A DNA stretch of 64,000 nt from Burkholderiales bacterium (GTDB taxonomy: Bacteria > Pseudomonadota > Gammaproteobacteria > Burkholderiales > Burkholderiaceae_E), in contig SYIM01000036.1 of the NCBI GenBank assembly GCA_005798775.1, positions 16,378 through 80,377 of the forward strand, read 5' to 3'. Positions 19,411 through 28,727 of the stretch are shown here, piece by piece; position 1 is the stretch's first letter, and each line of letters begins with the position of its first letter. Made by a program: the position numbers and the translations under genes. The notes under the pieces are model-generated. The model worked only from the letters and a program-made list of their open reading frames with translations. It did not search any database and was not told the origin of the DNA.

Positions 19411-20607
19411 ATGCGTGATTGCCGGTCTTTCGCTGATGTGGCCTACGATGAGGCAATCGGCCGCGCTACCGCAATGATTCCAGTGCTTCGCGAGCGCGCT
19501 GGAGAGGCTGAGCGCGGACGGATCGTCCCACCGGAAACCATGGACGAGCTTCACCGTACCGGCCTGCTCCGGGCCCTGCAGCCCAAGCGATGGGGCGGAA
19601 TGGAGCTCGATATCGTTGCCACTTTCGATATCGGTCACGAACTCGCCCGTGGCTGTGCATCGACCGCATGGACAGCCGTCAACCTGCTGATTCATCACTG
19701 GATGCTCGCCCTGTACGAAGAGGGCGGCCAGGAATGGATCTGGGGACAGGACCCTGACGCGTGCATAGCGTCGGGGGTCGCGGCTGCTCAAGGTCAGGGC
19801 CGCGTGGCGGACGGAGGGTTTGTCATCAGCGGCCGTTGGAATTTTTCAAGCGGAGTAAATGTCTCGGACTGGAACATGCTCGCGGCTACCATCCGGGACG
19901 ATAACAACAACGTGATCGACCACCGTCTGTGCTTGCTTCACAAGTCTGAGTATGAGGTGGTTGATGACTGGCGTGTCCTCGGTATGCGTTCAACCGGGAG
20001 CATGACCGTTATCGCCAAAGACGTGTTCATTCCCACTTACCGTGCGTCATGCATGTACAACACCCGCGGCGGCGATCACCCTGGCGCACGCGCCAATCCC
20101 GCCGCAGTGTACCGAGTGGCACTGCCGATGATGGCTGGTCATATCGTGGGGTCTGTGCTGGTTGGCAATGCCCAGGCCGCACTCGAGCAAAGCATCGCAT
20201 TCATCAAGGAGCGAAGCGGGAGCTATACCGGTGCGAAACTGCGTGACGTTCAGCCGATCCAGATCAAGGTTGCTGCAGCCGCCGCCCGCATCGATGCCGC
20301 ACGGCGGATTATTCGCGGCGAATTCATGGAGACACAGGAGCTCGCCAATCGCCATCAAGTACCCGACCTGGAGACCAAGCTGCGGTGTAAGCGCGATGTC
20401 GCCTATGCCGTAAATCTTTGCACCGAAGCGGTCGATATGCTTCATGCGTTGGCGGGTGCGAACGGTATTTACGATGCTTATCCCATTCAAAGAATTTTCC
20501 GTGATGCTCACTCCGGTTCAAGCCATTTTCTCCTGGGCAGCGACCTCCAGTTCACCAATTGGGGGTTGAGCGCGCTTGGCGGAGAGGTTGCCAATCCATT
20601 GCTTTAA
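19411..20607 (+). CDS. Acyl-CoA-dehydrogenase-fold flavin-dependent monooxygenase, oxygenase component (HsaA / HpaH-C2 / DszC-like)
   Basis: The N-terminus LRERAGEAERGRIVPPETMDELHRTGLLRALQPKRWGG and CASTAWTAVNLLIHHW match the two-component aromatic hydroxylase branch of the ACAD fold. GAAGGAGA RBS. Confidence 0.7.
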   Translation: MRDCRSFADVAYDEAIGRATAMIPVLRERAGEAERGRIVPPETMDELHRTGLLRALQPKRWGGMELDIVATFDIGHELARGCASTAWTAVNLLIHHWMLALYEEGGQEWIWGQDPDACIASGVAAAQGQGRVADGGFVISGRWNFSSGVNVSDWNMLAATIRDDNNNVIDHRLCLLHKSEYEVVDDWRVLGMRSTGSMTVIAKDVFIPTYRASCMYNTRGGDHPGARANPAAVYRVALPMMAGHIVGSVLVGNAQAALEQSIAFIKERSGSYTGAKLRDVQPIQIKVAAAAARIDAARRIIRGEFMETQELANRHQVPDLETKLRCKRDVAYAVNLCTEAVDMLHALAGANGIYDAYPIQRIFRDAHSGSSHFLLGSDLQFTNWGLSALGGEVANPLL

Positions 20608-20693
20608 GTCAGCTGGCGCTGGTGCAAGCCAATACGTTAGTCCGGCGCCAATTCTCGCGTGATCGCGTTATCCACCCAGAAGGAGACCTTCCC

Positions 20694-21125
20694 ATGGCTA
20701 TCAAGGTGCTTGAAATTCATCATCACGCCATTCGAATCGACGGCGTCCCCGAACAGGCGGTACTCGATTTCTACACGAATGTGCTGGGCATGGAAGCTGA
20801 CAAAGGCCGCCCAACCATTCCAGGCATCCCAGGTTTCTGGATCAACGTAGGCGACGTAGGACAATTGCATCTGATCGGCGGCAGCGTTCCTTCTCCGATC
20901 GCGCGCAGCCCCGACCAGGACCCCGCCGCGCCGCATGTGGCTCTCGGCGTCGAAAGCGTCCCCGAAACCAAGGCCGAGCTCGAGCGTCTGGGGATTCCCT
21001 ACTGGACCACCCGTGCAGCCAACCCCGAGCTCGAGCAGTTGTTTGTCAATGATCCCCGCGGGAACATGATCGAACTCCATCAAGCGGGGAGCTGTCGCTG
21101 CACGCTCGCCAATCGCAGTCGCTGA
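20694..21125 (+). CDS. VOC (glyoxalase/bleomycin resistance/extradiol dioxygenase) superfamily protein, single module
   Basis: 143 aa. Shows IHHHAIRI...FYTNVLGM and a C-terminal NMIELHQ pattern. GAAGGAGA RBS before ATG 20694. Confidence 0.7.
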   Translation: MAIKVLEIHHHAIRIDGVPEQAVLDFYTNVLGMEADKGRPTIPGIPGFWINVGDVGQLHLIGGSVPSPIARSPDQDPAAPHVALGVESVPETKAELERLGIPYWTTRAANPELEQLFVNDPRGNMIELHQAGSCRCTLANRSR

Positions 21126-21139
21126 AGTCCTACCCGCGT

Positions 21140-22813
21140 CTAGCTTCGCAGGTGCACCCCGGGGCGGGCTCCTGTGTCCCCCCCGTTTTCAAATACTGGT
21201 TCGCCGCCCACGATCGTGTAATGCATGCCCCGCGAAGGCATCACGAAGCGTTTGGCACCGCCGGGCAGATCAAACCGCTTTTGAGCGCGCTCGTCGGAGC
21301 CCACGGTATCGGGGTCGAAGATCGCCAAGTCGGCCGCCATTCCTTCAGCAATCTGCCCCCGGTCACGGAGCCCCATCAGCCGCGCTGGCTCCGAGGTGAG
21401 GCGCATTACCGCATGCTCGATTGAGAGCGCAGCGCGCTCGCGCACCCAGTGTCCCAGCAGATACGTGGGATACCCCGCATCGCACAACACCCCGAGATGT
21501 GCACCGCCATCGGATAGACCGAGTACGGTTCCGGGGGTTCGGAGCAGGCTGGCCACACCCTCCTGATTGGTATTGAGAAACGCAAGCGCAAACTCGGTCT
21601 GAAGATTGTCCTCGATCGCGAGATCGAGCAACGCATCTACCCCATCCTTACCCTGTTGCCGTGCAATCGCGGCAATGGTTTGCCCGGTGAACTGTTCAAG
21701 GTGTGGTGACTTCGCCTCAGCAACCGCCATCAGTTCCCAATTGCCAGTGAATTGCGCCGGACCTTTCAATTCCTGTCGGAACTGGTTTCGAAAGGCGGGA
21801 TCGGCATAGACACGCTTTTGCTCCTCGACGGACAGGTTGAGCGCCCGGTGCCACGACTTGAAACTCAAAAATGAATGCGGCGTCCGCAGATCCATGTCGC
21901 GAGTCAGCGGTCGGGCACAGATCTGTGGCACCGACCCCAGTGAGGTGAGGTGTGCTGCTTTGGCCAGGCTTGCTGAACACGCCTGAGGAATGTCATCACG
22001 GTAAAGCAAGGCGAGCCAGGTGACGGGGCGGCTACTTTCACGGAGCAGAAATTCAAGCGTCTCAAGGTTGCTATCGGAGAGCACGGACATCTGCTCGGTG
22101 AGGGCGATTTCAATGAACCCGCGACCGGCATCGCGAAGCACCTGCGCGTACTCGCGAAGCTCGGCACGATCAGCCTGGCGACAGGCGATAGGTCGCCCGC
22201 GATGCCCCATGTGATTGGGCAACTGCGTGGTCGAAAATCCGAAGGCGCCTGCAGAGATCGCGTCACCGAGCAGTTGTCTGATCCGGCCCCGCTCTTCGTC
22301 GGTGGCAGCCCGCTCAATGGCAGCCTCCCCCATGACGTAATAGCGAAACGGGGTCAGTGGCGCGAGAAATGCAACGTTAGCGGCCGGACGTCGCATTGCT
22401 GTGGCGCGCATGAACTCGGGAAAATTTTCCCAATCCCAGGTAATCCCTGCGCTCATCACGTCGTAGGGCATTCCCTCAACATTCACCAGGTCCTGCATTG
22501 CAGGAATTCGTCCATCGGCTCGCGTGGGCGCGATGCCGACACCGCAGTTGCCCATCAGGACCGTGGTCACGCCGTGCCACGGCGAGGGGCTGAGCGACGT
22601 ATCCCAGCAGACCTGGGCGTCGTAGTGCGTGTGAGGATCGATGAAGCCCGGTGCGACCACCAACCCGGAGGCGTCGATTACGCGCAAAGCTCCTTCCTGC
22701 AGCTTTCCGATGCTGACGATTCGGCCCGCCTTGATACCGATATCCATATGCCGCGCGGGCACCCCTGTCCCGTCAACGACCAGACCACCACGAATCGCCA
22801 GATCGAACGTCAT
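21140..22813 (-). CDS. N-acyl-D-amino-acid deacylase (D-aminoacylase) family amidohydrolase
   Basis: DLAIRGGLVVDGTG...IDASGLVVAPGFIDPHTHYD N-terminus and a C-terminal DLAIFDP motif. Confidence 0.8.
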   Translation of the reverse strand: MTFDLAIRGGLVVDGTGVPARHMDIGIKAGRIVSIGKLQEGALRVIDASGLVVAPGFIDPHTHYDAQVCWDTSLSPSPWHGVTTVLMGNCGVGIAPTRADGRIPAMQDLVNVEGMPYDVMSAGITWDWENFPEFMRATAMRRPAANVAFLAPLTPFRYYVMGEAAIERAATDEERGRIRQLLGDAISAGAFGFSTTQLPNHMGHRGRPIACRQADRAELREYAQVLRDAGRGFIEIALTEQMSVLSDSNLETLEFLLRESSRPVTWLALLYRDDIPQACSASLAKAAHLTSLGSVPQICARPLTRDMDLRTPHSFLSFKSWHRALNLSVEEQKRVYADPAFRNQFRQELKGPAQFTGNWELMAVAEAKSPHLEQFTGQTIAAIARQQGKDGVDALLDLAIEDNLQTEFALAFLNTNQEGVASLLRTPGTVLGLSDGGAHLGVLCDAGYPTYLLGHWVRERAALSIEHAVMRLTSEPARLMGLRDRGQIAEGMAADLAIFDPDTVGSDERAQKRFDLPGGAKRFVMPSRGMHYTIVGGEPVFENGGDTGARPGVHLRS

Positions 22814-22982
22814 AGTGCTTCTCCCGGCTTATCAGGGCCGCCATCAAGCTTAGGTGAATGAAGTAGGGAAGTGTAGGAATTCAAGCGTCCGCAGTCTTCG
22901 TGCATTGCAGCATCCGGTGCCGTTTTTGACGATCGCGGGAAACAGTTGAAACCTGCGTCGATTTGGCTACTATCTGCTGGCC

Positions 22983-23951
22983 ATGAAATTACAAGCTGCC
23001 ATCCACGCCCTGTTTGCCCTGCTTGCGCCACTCGCCCTCGCAGCCGCCGCGCACGCGCAAACCTTCCCCAGCCGCGCCGTCACCCTCATCAACCCGTACC
23101 CGCCGGGTGGCGGGGCCGACGTGGTCGCCCGCGCGCTCGCACGTGAACTCTTTGAGATCTGGCGCCAGCCGGTGCTCGTCGAGAGTAAGCCCGGTGCGGG
23201 CACCACGATCGCAGCCGGCTTCGTGGCACGAGCGCCCGCCGACGGTTACACCCTCCTGCTGTCCACCAGCCAGCACGCCATCGCGCCCGCGCTCTTCAGA
23301 AACCTGCCCTATGACATCGTAGCCGACCTGCAGTCCACCGCGGTGGTATCCGAGAGCCCGCTGTTTCTGGTCGTGCGCCTGGACCGAGGCATTCAAACGC
23401 TCGCCGATCTGATCGCACGCCTGAAAGAGTCGAGCGCACAAATGAACTACTCGTCTTCGGGTATTGCGGGTCTGCCACATTTGGCGGGCGAGTTTTTAAA
23501 TCAGATGACCAGTACCCAGGCCACCCATGTGCCGTTCGCGGGCACCTCCCCCGCACTGACTGCACTTCTTGGCGGACATGTTGACCATCTGTTCGCCGAT
23601 ACCTCTGCGGTCGGTCAGATTCGGGCCGGTAAGGTTCGCGCACTGGCCGTGACCTCCGCCTCGCGGCTGCCGGCCTTCCCGGACCTGCCGACCCTTGCCG
23701 AAACCCTGCCCGGCTTTCAGTTCACCGTCTGGACTGGACTGGACGCGCCGACAGGGACCCCGCGCGCGGTGATTGATCAGGTTCATGGAGCCGTCCAGAA
23801 AGCGCTTGCAACGCCAGCCATGACGAAACTGTTTGCCGACACCTCGCGCACCGCCTCCTCAATTAGTCCCGATCAGTTCGCCGCCTTCAAGGTAGCCGAG
23901 GTTCGGAAATACCAGGACCTGGTTCGTCGCGCCGGCATCAAGGCGGAATAG
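22983..23951 (+). CDS. Bug/TctC family periplasmic receptor (orphan)
   Basis: Signal peptide ..AAAHAQ, then FPSRAVTLINPYPPGGGADVVARALA. Confidence 0.85.
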   Translation: MKLQAAIHALFALLAPLALAAAAHAQTFPSRAVTLINPYPPGGGADVVARALARELFEIWRQPVLVESKPGAGTTIAAGFVARAPADGYTLLLSTSQHAIAPALFRNLPYDIVADLQSTAVVSESPLFLVVRLDRGIQTLADLIARLKESSAQMNYSSSGIAGLPHLAGEFLNQMTSTQATHVPFAGTSPALTALLGGHVDHLFADTSAVGQIRAGKVRALAVTSASRLPAFPDLPTLAETLPGFQFTVWTGLDAPTGTPRAVIDQVHGAVQKALATPAMTKLFADTSRTASSISPDQFAAFKVAEVRKYQDLVRRAGIKAE

Positions 23952-23979
23952 TCGGCACCGCTTCATCAAGGCTTCGAAC

Positions 23980-26175
23980 ATGCTGCGTATCGCACTCTTC
24001 GCGCTCACCATCTTCGTGAGCGCATTTCTGCTGTTTCAGGTTCAACCCATGGTGAGCAAGGCCATCCTGCCGTGGTTTGGCGGGGGGCCGGCGGTCTGGA
24101 CAGCCGCTATGCTGTTTTTTCAATGCGCGCTCTTTGGCGGCTACCTGTATGCGCACGGACTCGCCTCGCTCAGGTCGGTTCGACAGCAGGCCATCATTCA
24201 TATCGTGCTGCTTGCCAGCGCTGCGTGGCTCGCTCAAGCGGTCATCCCGGATCCTGCGTTGCGACTGCAGGGCGAACAGTCACCGGTCCCGCAGATTCTC
24301 TGGATTCTCACCCTGTGCGTGGGGCTCCCCTACTTCTGCCTCGCAAGCACGGGCCCTCTCCTTCAACACTGGTTTGCCCGGGCCGGGGTAGCGGACTCGG
24401 TTTATCGACTGTTTGCGCTGTCGAATCTGGGCTCACTGATCGCGCTCCTGTCATTTCCTTACCTGTTCGAGCCCTGGTTCGAACTGCCCGTGATGGGTCG
24501 CGGCTGGACCTGGGGATTCTGGGTCTTCGCAGTGGCCTGCGCGATCGTGGCCTGGACCCAGGCGCGCGCGGCAGAAGCCCAACCACCGGTTACCTCGCCC
24601 TCGCATGCGGCGGCGGTAGCGACGCCCCCCGCACCAGTCAGTCGCGTCAGCCAGTGGCGGGACATCGCTGCCTGGGTGCTGCTGCCTGCACTGGCCTCGA
24701 TGCTGTTCATCGCCACCACCGATCAGGCGAGCCACAACATCGCGCCTGAGCCCCGACTCTGGATTTTGACGCTGTCCATCTACCTGCTCTCCTTCATCGT
24801 GAGCTTTGACCACTCACGCTGGTACCGGCCCGGTCTGGTGGCTACGTTCACGCTGGTTGCCGTGCTCTTTGTAGCAGGCCGGCATGCCATCCCCGAATGG
24901 TTCGGTTTGCACTGGGGGTACGGCGCGACCGAGCTGCGCTATCTCTTCTCTCTCATGCTGTTTCTGGTGTGCCTGCTCTGCCATGGTGAGCTGTATCGCC
25001 GCCGCCCCGCTGACCCCTCGCGATTGACCGGGTACTACCTCTGGATGTCGTTTGGTGGCGCGTGCGGCGGTTTGTTCGTGGCGCTGGTGGCCACCCATGC
25101 TTTCAATGATTTCCACGAGTGGCCTATCGGACTTGCTGCGGCCGCGGCGCTGTCGGTGCTCGTCATCGATCGGCAATGGCGGGCGCGCCGCCAGGTGGCT
25201 TCAGACGCTCCGGCGAATAGTTCATTGCGTATGCACCCCGCACGATGGATTGCGGTAGCGGTCTGCACGAGCCTTGCCTTCTGGTGGGACAGCCCGATCC
25301 GCGGCCGCGCCACCAGCGTACCGGGCGCGGTCGAAGCCACGCTTGATCAAGCACGGAATTTTTATGGGGTAGTCGCGGTGGTCGAGCGCCGCTTTCCAGC
25401 CGAGCCCGCACGCGACCACCGCGTGTTCTACAGCGGGCAGGTCACGCATGGTATCCAGCCACTCTCGCCCGAGCTCATGCAAAAGCCAGTGAGCTATTAC
25501 AACCCCGACAGCGGTATCGGCCGCGCCTTGCAATATCTCAACGCGAGACAAGACAAGGTCGATGTCGCCATTACCGGGCTGGGCGCGGGTACGGTCGCGC
25601 TCTACGCGCGCCCCACCGATCGCTACGACTTTTTCGAAATCAATCCGGAGGCCGAACGGATTGCGCGCAACTGGTTCACGTTCCTGGGCGATTCGAAGGC
25701 GCAAAAGCTCCAGGTGCTGATTGGAGATGCGCGGCTCACCTTCGCGCAGCTTCCCGAAAACCAGCGCTACGACATGATTCTGCTGGCCGCCTTCAGCGGC
25801 GGCTCCGTGCCGGTGCACCTCCTCACCCGCGAGGCATTCACCGCCTATGCTGCCCACCTGAAGCCGGATGGCTTTCTGGTGGTGAATATCACCAACGCCT
25901 ACCTCAACCTGTATCCGGTGGTGAAGCGGCAGGCGGAGACACTGGGTCTTGAGGCGCGCAGTCGGTTCCAGGAAAGCGATCCAAAGCGGTTCATCCGCGA
26001 GAATCACTACATGATCCTCACCCGCGACGCCGAGTTTCTACGTACGCACCCCTCGGTCGACCGTCCGATTCGTGACGCGCAAGGGCGCGTCATCGGAACG
26101 GCTCAGACTGACATCCCCGGCGTAGGGCTTTGGACGGACAACTTCAGCAGCATCACGCCCCTCGAATGGCGATAA
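23980..26175 (+). CDS. Fused polytopic membrane domain + spermidine-synthase-like methyltransferase-fold domain
   Basis: 731 aa. About 11-12 hydrophobic helices, beginning FLLFQVQPMVSKAILPWFGGGPAVWTAAMLFFQ. The C-terminal soluble domain has VAITGLGAGTVALYA...FFEINPE..IGDARL, resembling SpeE-type folds. Confidence 0.65.
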   Translation: MLRIALFALTIFVSAFLLFQVQPMVSKAILPWFGGGPAVWTAAMLFFQCALFGGYLYAHGLASLRSVRQQAIIHIVLLASAAWLAQAVIPDPALRLQGEQSPVPQILWILTLCVGLPYFCLASTGPLLQHWFARAGVADSVYRLFALSNLGSLIALLSFPYLFEPWFELPVMGRGWTWGFWVFAVACAIVAWTQARAAEAQPPVTSPSHAAAVATPPAPVSRVSQWRDIAAWVLLPALASMLFIATTDQASHNIAPEPRLWILTLSIYLLSFIVSFDHSRWYRPGLVATFTLVAVLFVAGRHAIPEWFGLHWGYGATELRYLFSLMLFLVCLLCHGELYRRRPADPSRLTGYYLWMSFGGACGGLFVALVATHAFNDFHEWPIGLAAAAALSVLVIDRQWRARRQVASDAPANSSLRMHPARWIAVAVCTSLAFWWDSPIRGRATSVPGAVEATLDQARNFYGVVAVVERRFPAEPARDHRVFYSGQVTHGIQPLSPELMQKPVSYYNPDSGIGRALQYLNARQDKVDVAITGLGAGTVALYARPTDRYDFFEINPEAERIARNWFTFLGDSKAQKLQVLIGDARLTFAQLPENQRYDMILLAAFSGGSVPVHLLTREAFTAYAAHLKPDGFLVVNITNAYLNLYPVVKRQAETLGLEARSRFQESDPKRFIRENHYMILTRDAEFLRTHPSVDRPIRDAQGRVIGTAQTDIPGVGLWTDNFSSITPLEWR

Positions 26176-26247
26176 GGCGCCTGCCCGGTCTGCGGACCCG
26201 CCAACCTGTCGCCCGATTGGACTCCTTCACCACCCGGACGCCAACCC

Positions 26248-26442
26248 ATGCCCGAGATTTATATCTACGCCATTGAAGGCCGATCGACGGATCAGAAGTG
26301 CGCGCTGATCCGCGAGATCACTGACTCGGTGGTCCGCAATTTCCAGGTGGATCCCTCAACCGTGATGATTCAGATCATGGAAACGCCCAAGACGTCGAAG
26401 GCCAAGGGCGGGGTGTTGTTCTCCGATCGCGACGAACCGTGA
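26248..26442 (+). CDS. 4-oxalocrotonate tautomerase family protein
   Basis: 64 aa. Pro immediately after the initiator Met (MPEIYIY), and a beta-alpha-beta length and pattern typical of 4-OT. Confidence 0.7.
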   Translation: MPEIYIYAIEGRSTDQKCALIREITDSVVRNFQVDPSTVMIQIMETPKTSKAKGGVLFSDRDEP

Positions 26443-26515
26443 GCTGACGGGAGACGCTCTGACCGTGAAAGGCCCCAGGTCGCTCCCGCTCGCTCTGACT
26501 GTTGAAGGACTCGCG

Positions 26516-27508
26516 TCACTCCACCTTTGCACCAGAGCTTCGCACCACGCGTTCCCAAAGCGCGAATTCGTGGGTCAAGATGGCTCGAGAAGGCTGCGGG
26601 CCAGACCTCACCATATCCATCCCCGATTCCCCTAGCTTGCCGGTGATCTCAGGCTGCGCTGTCACGCTCGCAAGCGTGTCGTAAAGCGTGGCCAGCACCG
26701 CAGCCGGCGTTTGTACGGGTACCATCAAGCCCACGATCAGGCTCGCGTCCATGTCGCGAACCCCCACCTCTGCGAATGTGGGAACGGCAGGTAAACCGGA
26801 GAATCGCTTTTCACCGGTCAGCGCAAGCGGCCGGAGTTTGCCCGAAGCGATATGCGCCCGCGCCGTGCCAGGAACCGCAAACATCATCGGCACCTGCCCA
26901 CCGATCACATCCAGAATCGCCTGCCCCGCGCCCTTGTAGGGTACGTGCACGATATCAATGCCCGTAGCGGTCTTCAGCATTTCAGCGGCCAGATGCACCA
27001 GCGTGCCGCTGCCTGCCGAGGCATAGGTCAGCCCACCGGGGCGCGCTCGGGCGAGCGTAATCAATTCGGTCACATTGACCGCTGGCAGCGCGGGATGCAC
27101 CGCCAGGACCAGCGGCGTGCGACCCACGATCATGATCGGGGCGAGGTCGCGGCGCGCGTCATAACTCAAGCGCGTGTAGAGCGAGGCATTGACCACCAGC
27201 GCGCTATCGAACAGCAGCACGGTATAGCCGTCGGGCGCGGCCTTGGCGACATGATCAGTGCCGATGTTGCTGCCCGCACCCGGACGGTTTTCAACCACGA
27301 TCTGCTGCTTGAGCGCCTCGCTCCACTTGGGTGCGATCAGTCGGGCAACAAAGTCGCCGATCCCGCCAGGTGGATACGGTACGACCATGCGAACCGGTCT
27401 GGATGGAAATGCTTCCTGCGCGTGCGGGGCCGCGGTCAACAACATGCTCGCCAGCACCACGCCGAGCGGGCCAAACAGACGGGGCAAACGGGTCAGAGAG
27501 AAGGCCAT
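26516..27508 (-). CDS. Bug/TctC family periplasmic receptor (orphan)
   Basis: Start at the in-frame ATG 27508 with AAGGAG RBS. Signal peptide, then FPSRPVRMVVPYPPGGIGDFVARLIA. Confidence 0.85.
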   Translation of the reverse strand: MAFSLTRLPRLFGPLGVVLASMLLTAAPHAQEAFPSRPVRMVVPYPPGGIGDFVARLIAPKWSEALKQQIVVENRPGAGSNIGTDHVAKAAPDGYTVLLFDSALVVNASLYTRLSYDARRDLAPIMIVGRTPLVLAVHPALPAVNVTELITLARARPGGLTYASAGSGTLVHLAAEMLKTATGIDIVHVPYKGAGQAILDVIGGQVPMMFAVPGTARAHIASGKLRPLALTGEKRFSGLPAVPTFAEVGVRDMDASLIVGLMVPVQTPAAVLATLYDTLASVTAQPEITGKLGESGMDMVRSGPQPSRAILTHEFALWERVVRSSGAKVE

Positions 27509-27697
27509 GGGGAGTGCTCCTTTCAATACTCGCAAGCAGGGCCACCCAGACTAAGGGGGCCGCATCGGTTCAGTCTAGCCTTCGCCCCCGGGAAACGATA
27601 GCGCCTGTTTCGCGGCCGCGCGCGCGTTTGCCGCTGCACACCCTCGGACGTTCTGTTGTGATAGCGTCTTATGCGTTTAAATTAAGGAGATATCGCT

Positions 27698-28675
27698 GTG
27701 CAGCGTCGATCCCTACTTGCCTTAGGTATAGCGTCACTGTCGCTCGGCTCGCGCCTCGCTCAGGCGCAGAGCACCTGGCCCTCGCGGCCGGTTCGCATGG
27801 TCGTTCCCACTGGCCCGGGCAGTTCGCTTGACCTCATCATTCGGGCCACCAGCGATCGCCTGTCCGCTCGACTGGGCCAGCCCATCGTGGTCGACAACAA
27901 GCCCGGTGCGGCCGGACTGATCGGGACCGACGCCATTGCCAAGGCCTCTGACGGCCATACGTTTGGCATCAGTTTCAACGGCCCCTTGGCATTCGCACCG
28001 TTTCTCTATCAGAAGATGCCTTATCGCCTGCCAGACGACTTCGCGCCCATCGTCATGACAACCAGCCAGCCCAATGTGCTGGCGGTCAACGCCAAGCTGC
28101 CGGTGCAGTCAGTCGCGGAACTGGTGCAGTGGCTGCGAGCCAACGTTGGCAAGGCCTCGTTTGCATCGATCGGCAACGGCAGCTCCTCACACCTGTCGAT
28201 GGAGTTACTCAAAGTCGCCACTGGCACCTTCGCGCTGCACATTCCCTATAACGGCTCGCCGCCCTCGGCCTTGTCGGTGGCTACGGGTGAAACGCAAATG
28301 ATCATGACGGTTGCACCCGCGCTCCTGCCCCATGTGCAGGCCGGCCGTGTGCGCCTGCTCGCCGTGACCAGCCGCACGCGGTACCAGCCTTTACCCGATC
28401 TGCCCACGGTCGCCGAATCGGGGCTGCCTGAGCTGAAAGATTTCGAGGCCATTGCATGGAACGCGATCGTGGGACCGGCCAGCACCCCCGCATCGGTGGT
28501 TGAACGCTTGAATCAAGAGTTCAACGACGCTCTCCGGGATCGGACCATCGCAGAGCGCCTGATCGGTCAGGGGATGACGCCCACAGGCGGCAGCCCACAG
28601 GTGCTCGCCCGTTTAATGGCTGATGAGGCGACGCGATGGGGCCCGGTCATCCGGCGCACGGGCATCACGCTTTAA
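27698..28675 (+). CDS. Bug/TctC family periplasmic receptor (orphan)
   Basis: GTG start after AAGGAG. Signal peptide ..LAQAQ, then WPSRPVRMVVPTGPGSSLDLIIRATS. Confidence 0.85.
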   Translation: MQRRSLLALGIASLSLGSRLAQAQSTWPSRPVRMVVPTGPGSSLDLIIRATSDRLSARLGQPIVVDNKPGAAGLIGTDAIAKASDGHTFGISFNGPLAFAPFLYQKMPYRLPDDFAPIVMTTSQPNVLAVNAKLPVQSVAELVQWLRANVGKASFASIGNGSSSHLSMELLKVATGTFALHIPYNGSPPSALSVATGETQMIMTVAPALLPHVQAGRVRLLAVTSRTRYQPLPDLPTVAESGLPELKDFEAIAWNAIVGPASTPASVVERLNQEFNDALRDRTIAERLIGQGMTPTGGSPQVLARLMADEATRWGPVIRRTGITL

Positions 28676-28727
28676 GACGCCGGTCGCGGGCTAACCTGCC
28701 CGCTTACCCGCCCACGAAACCATCGCG

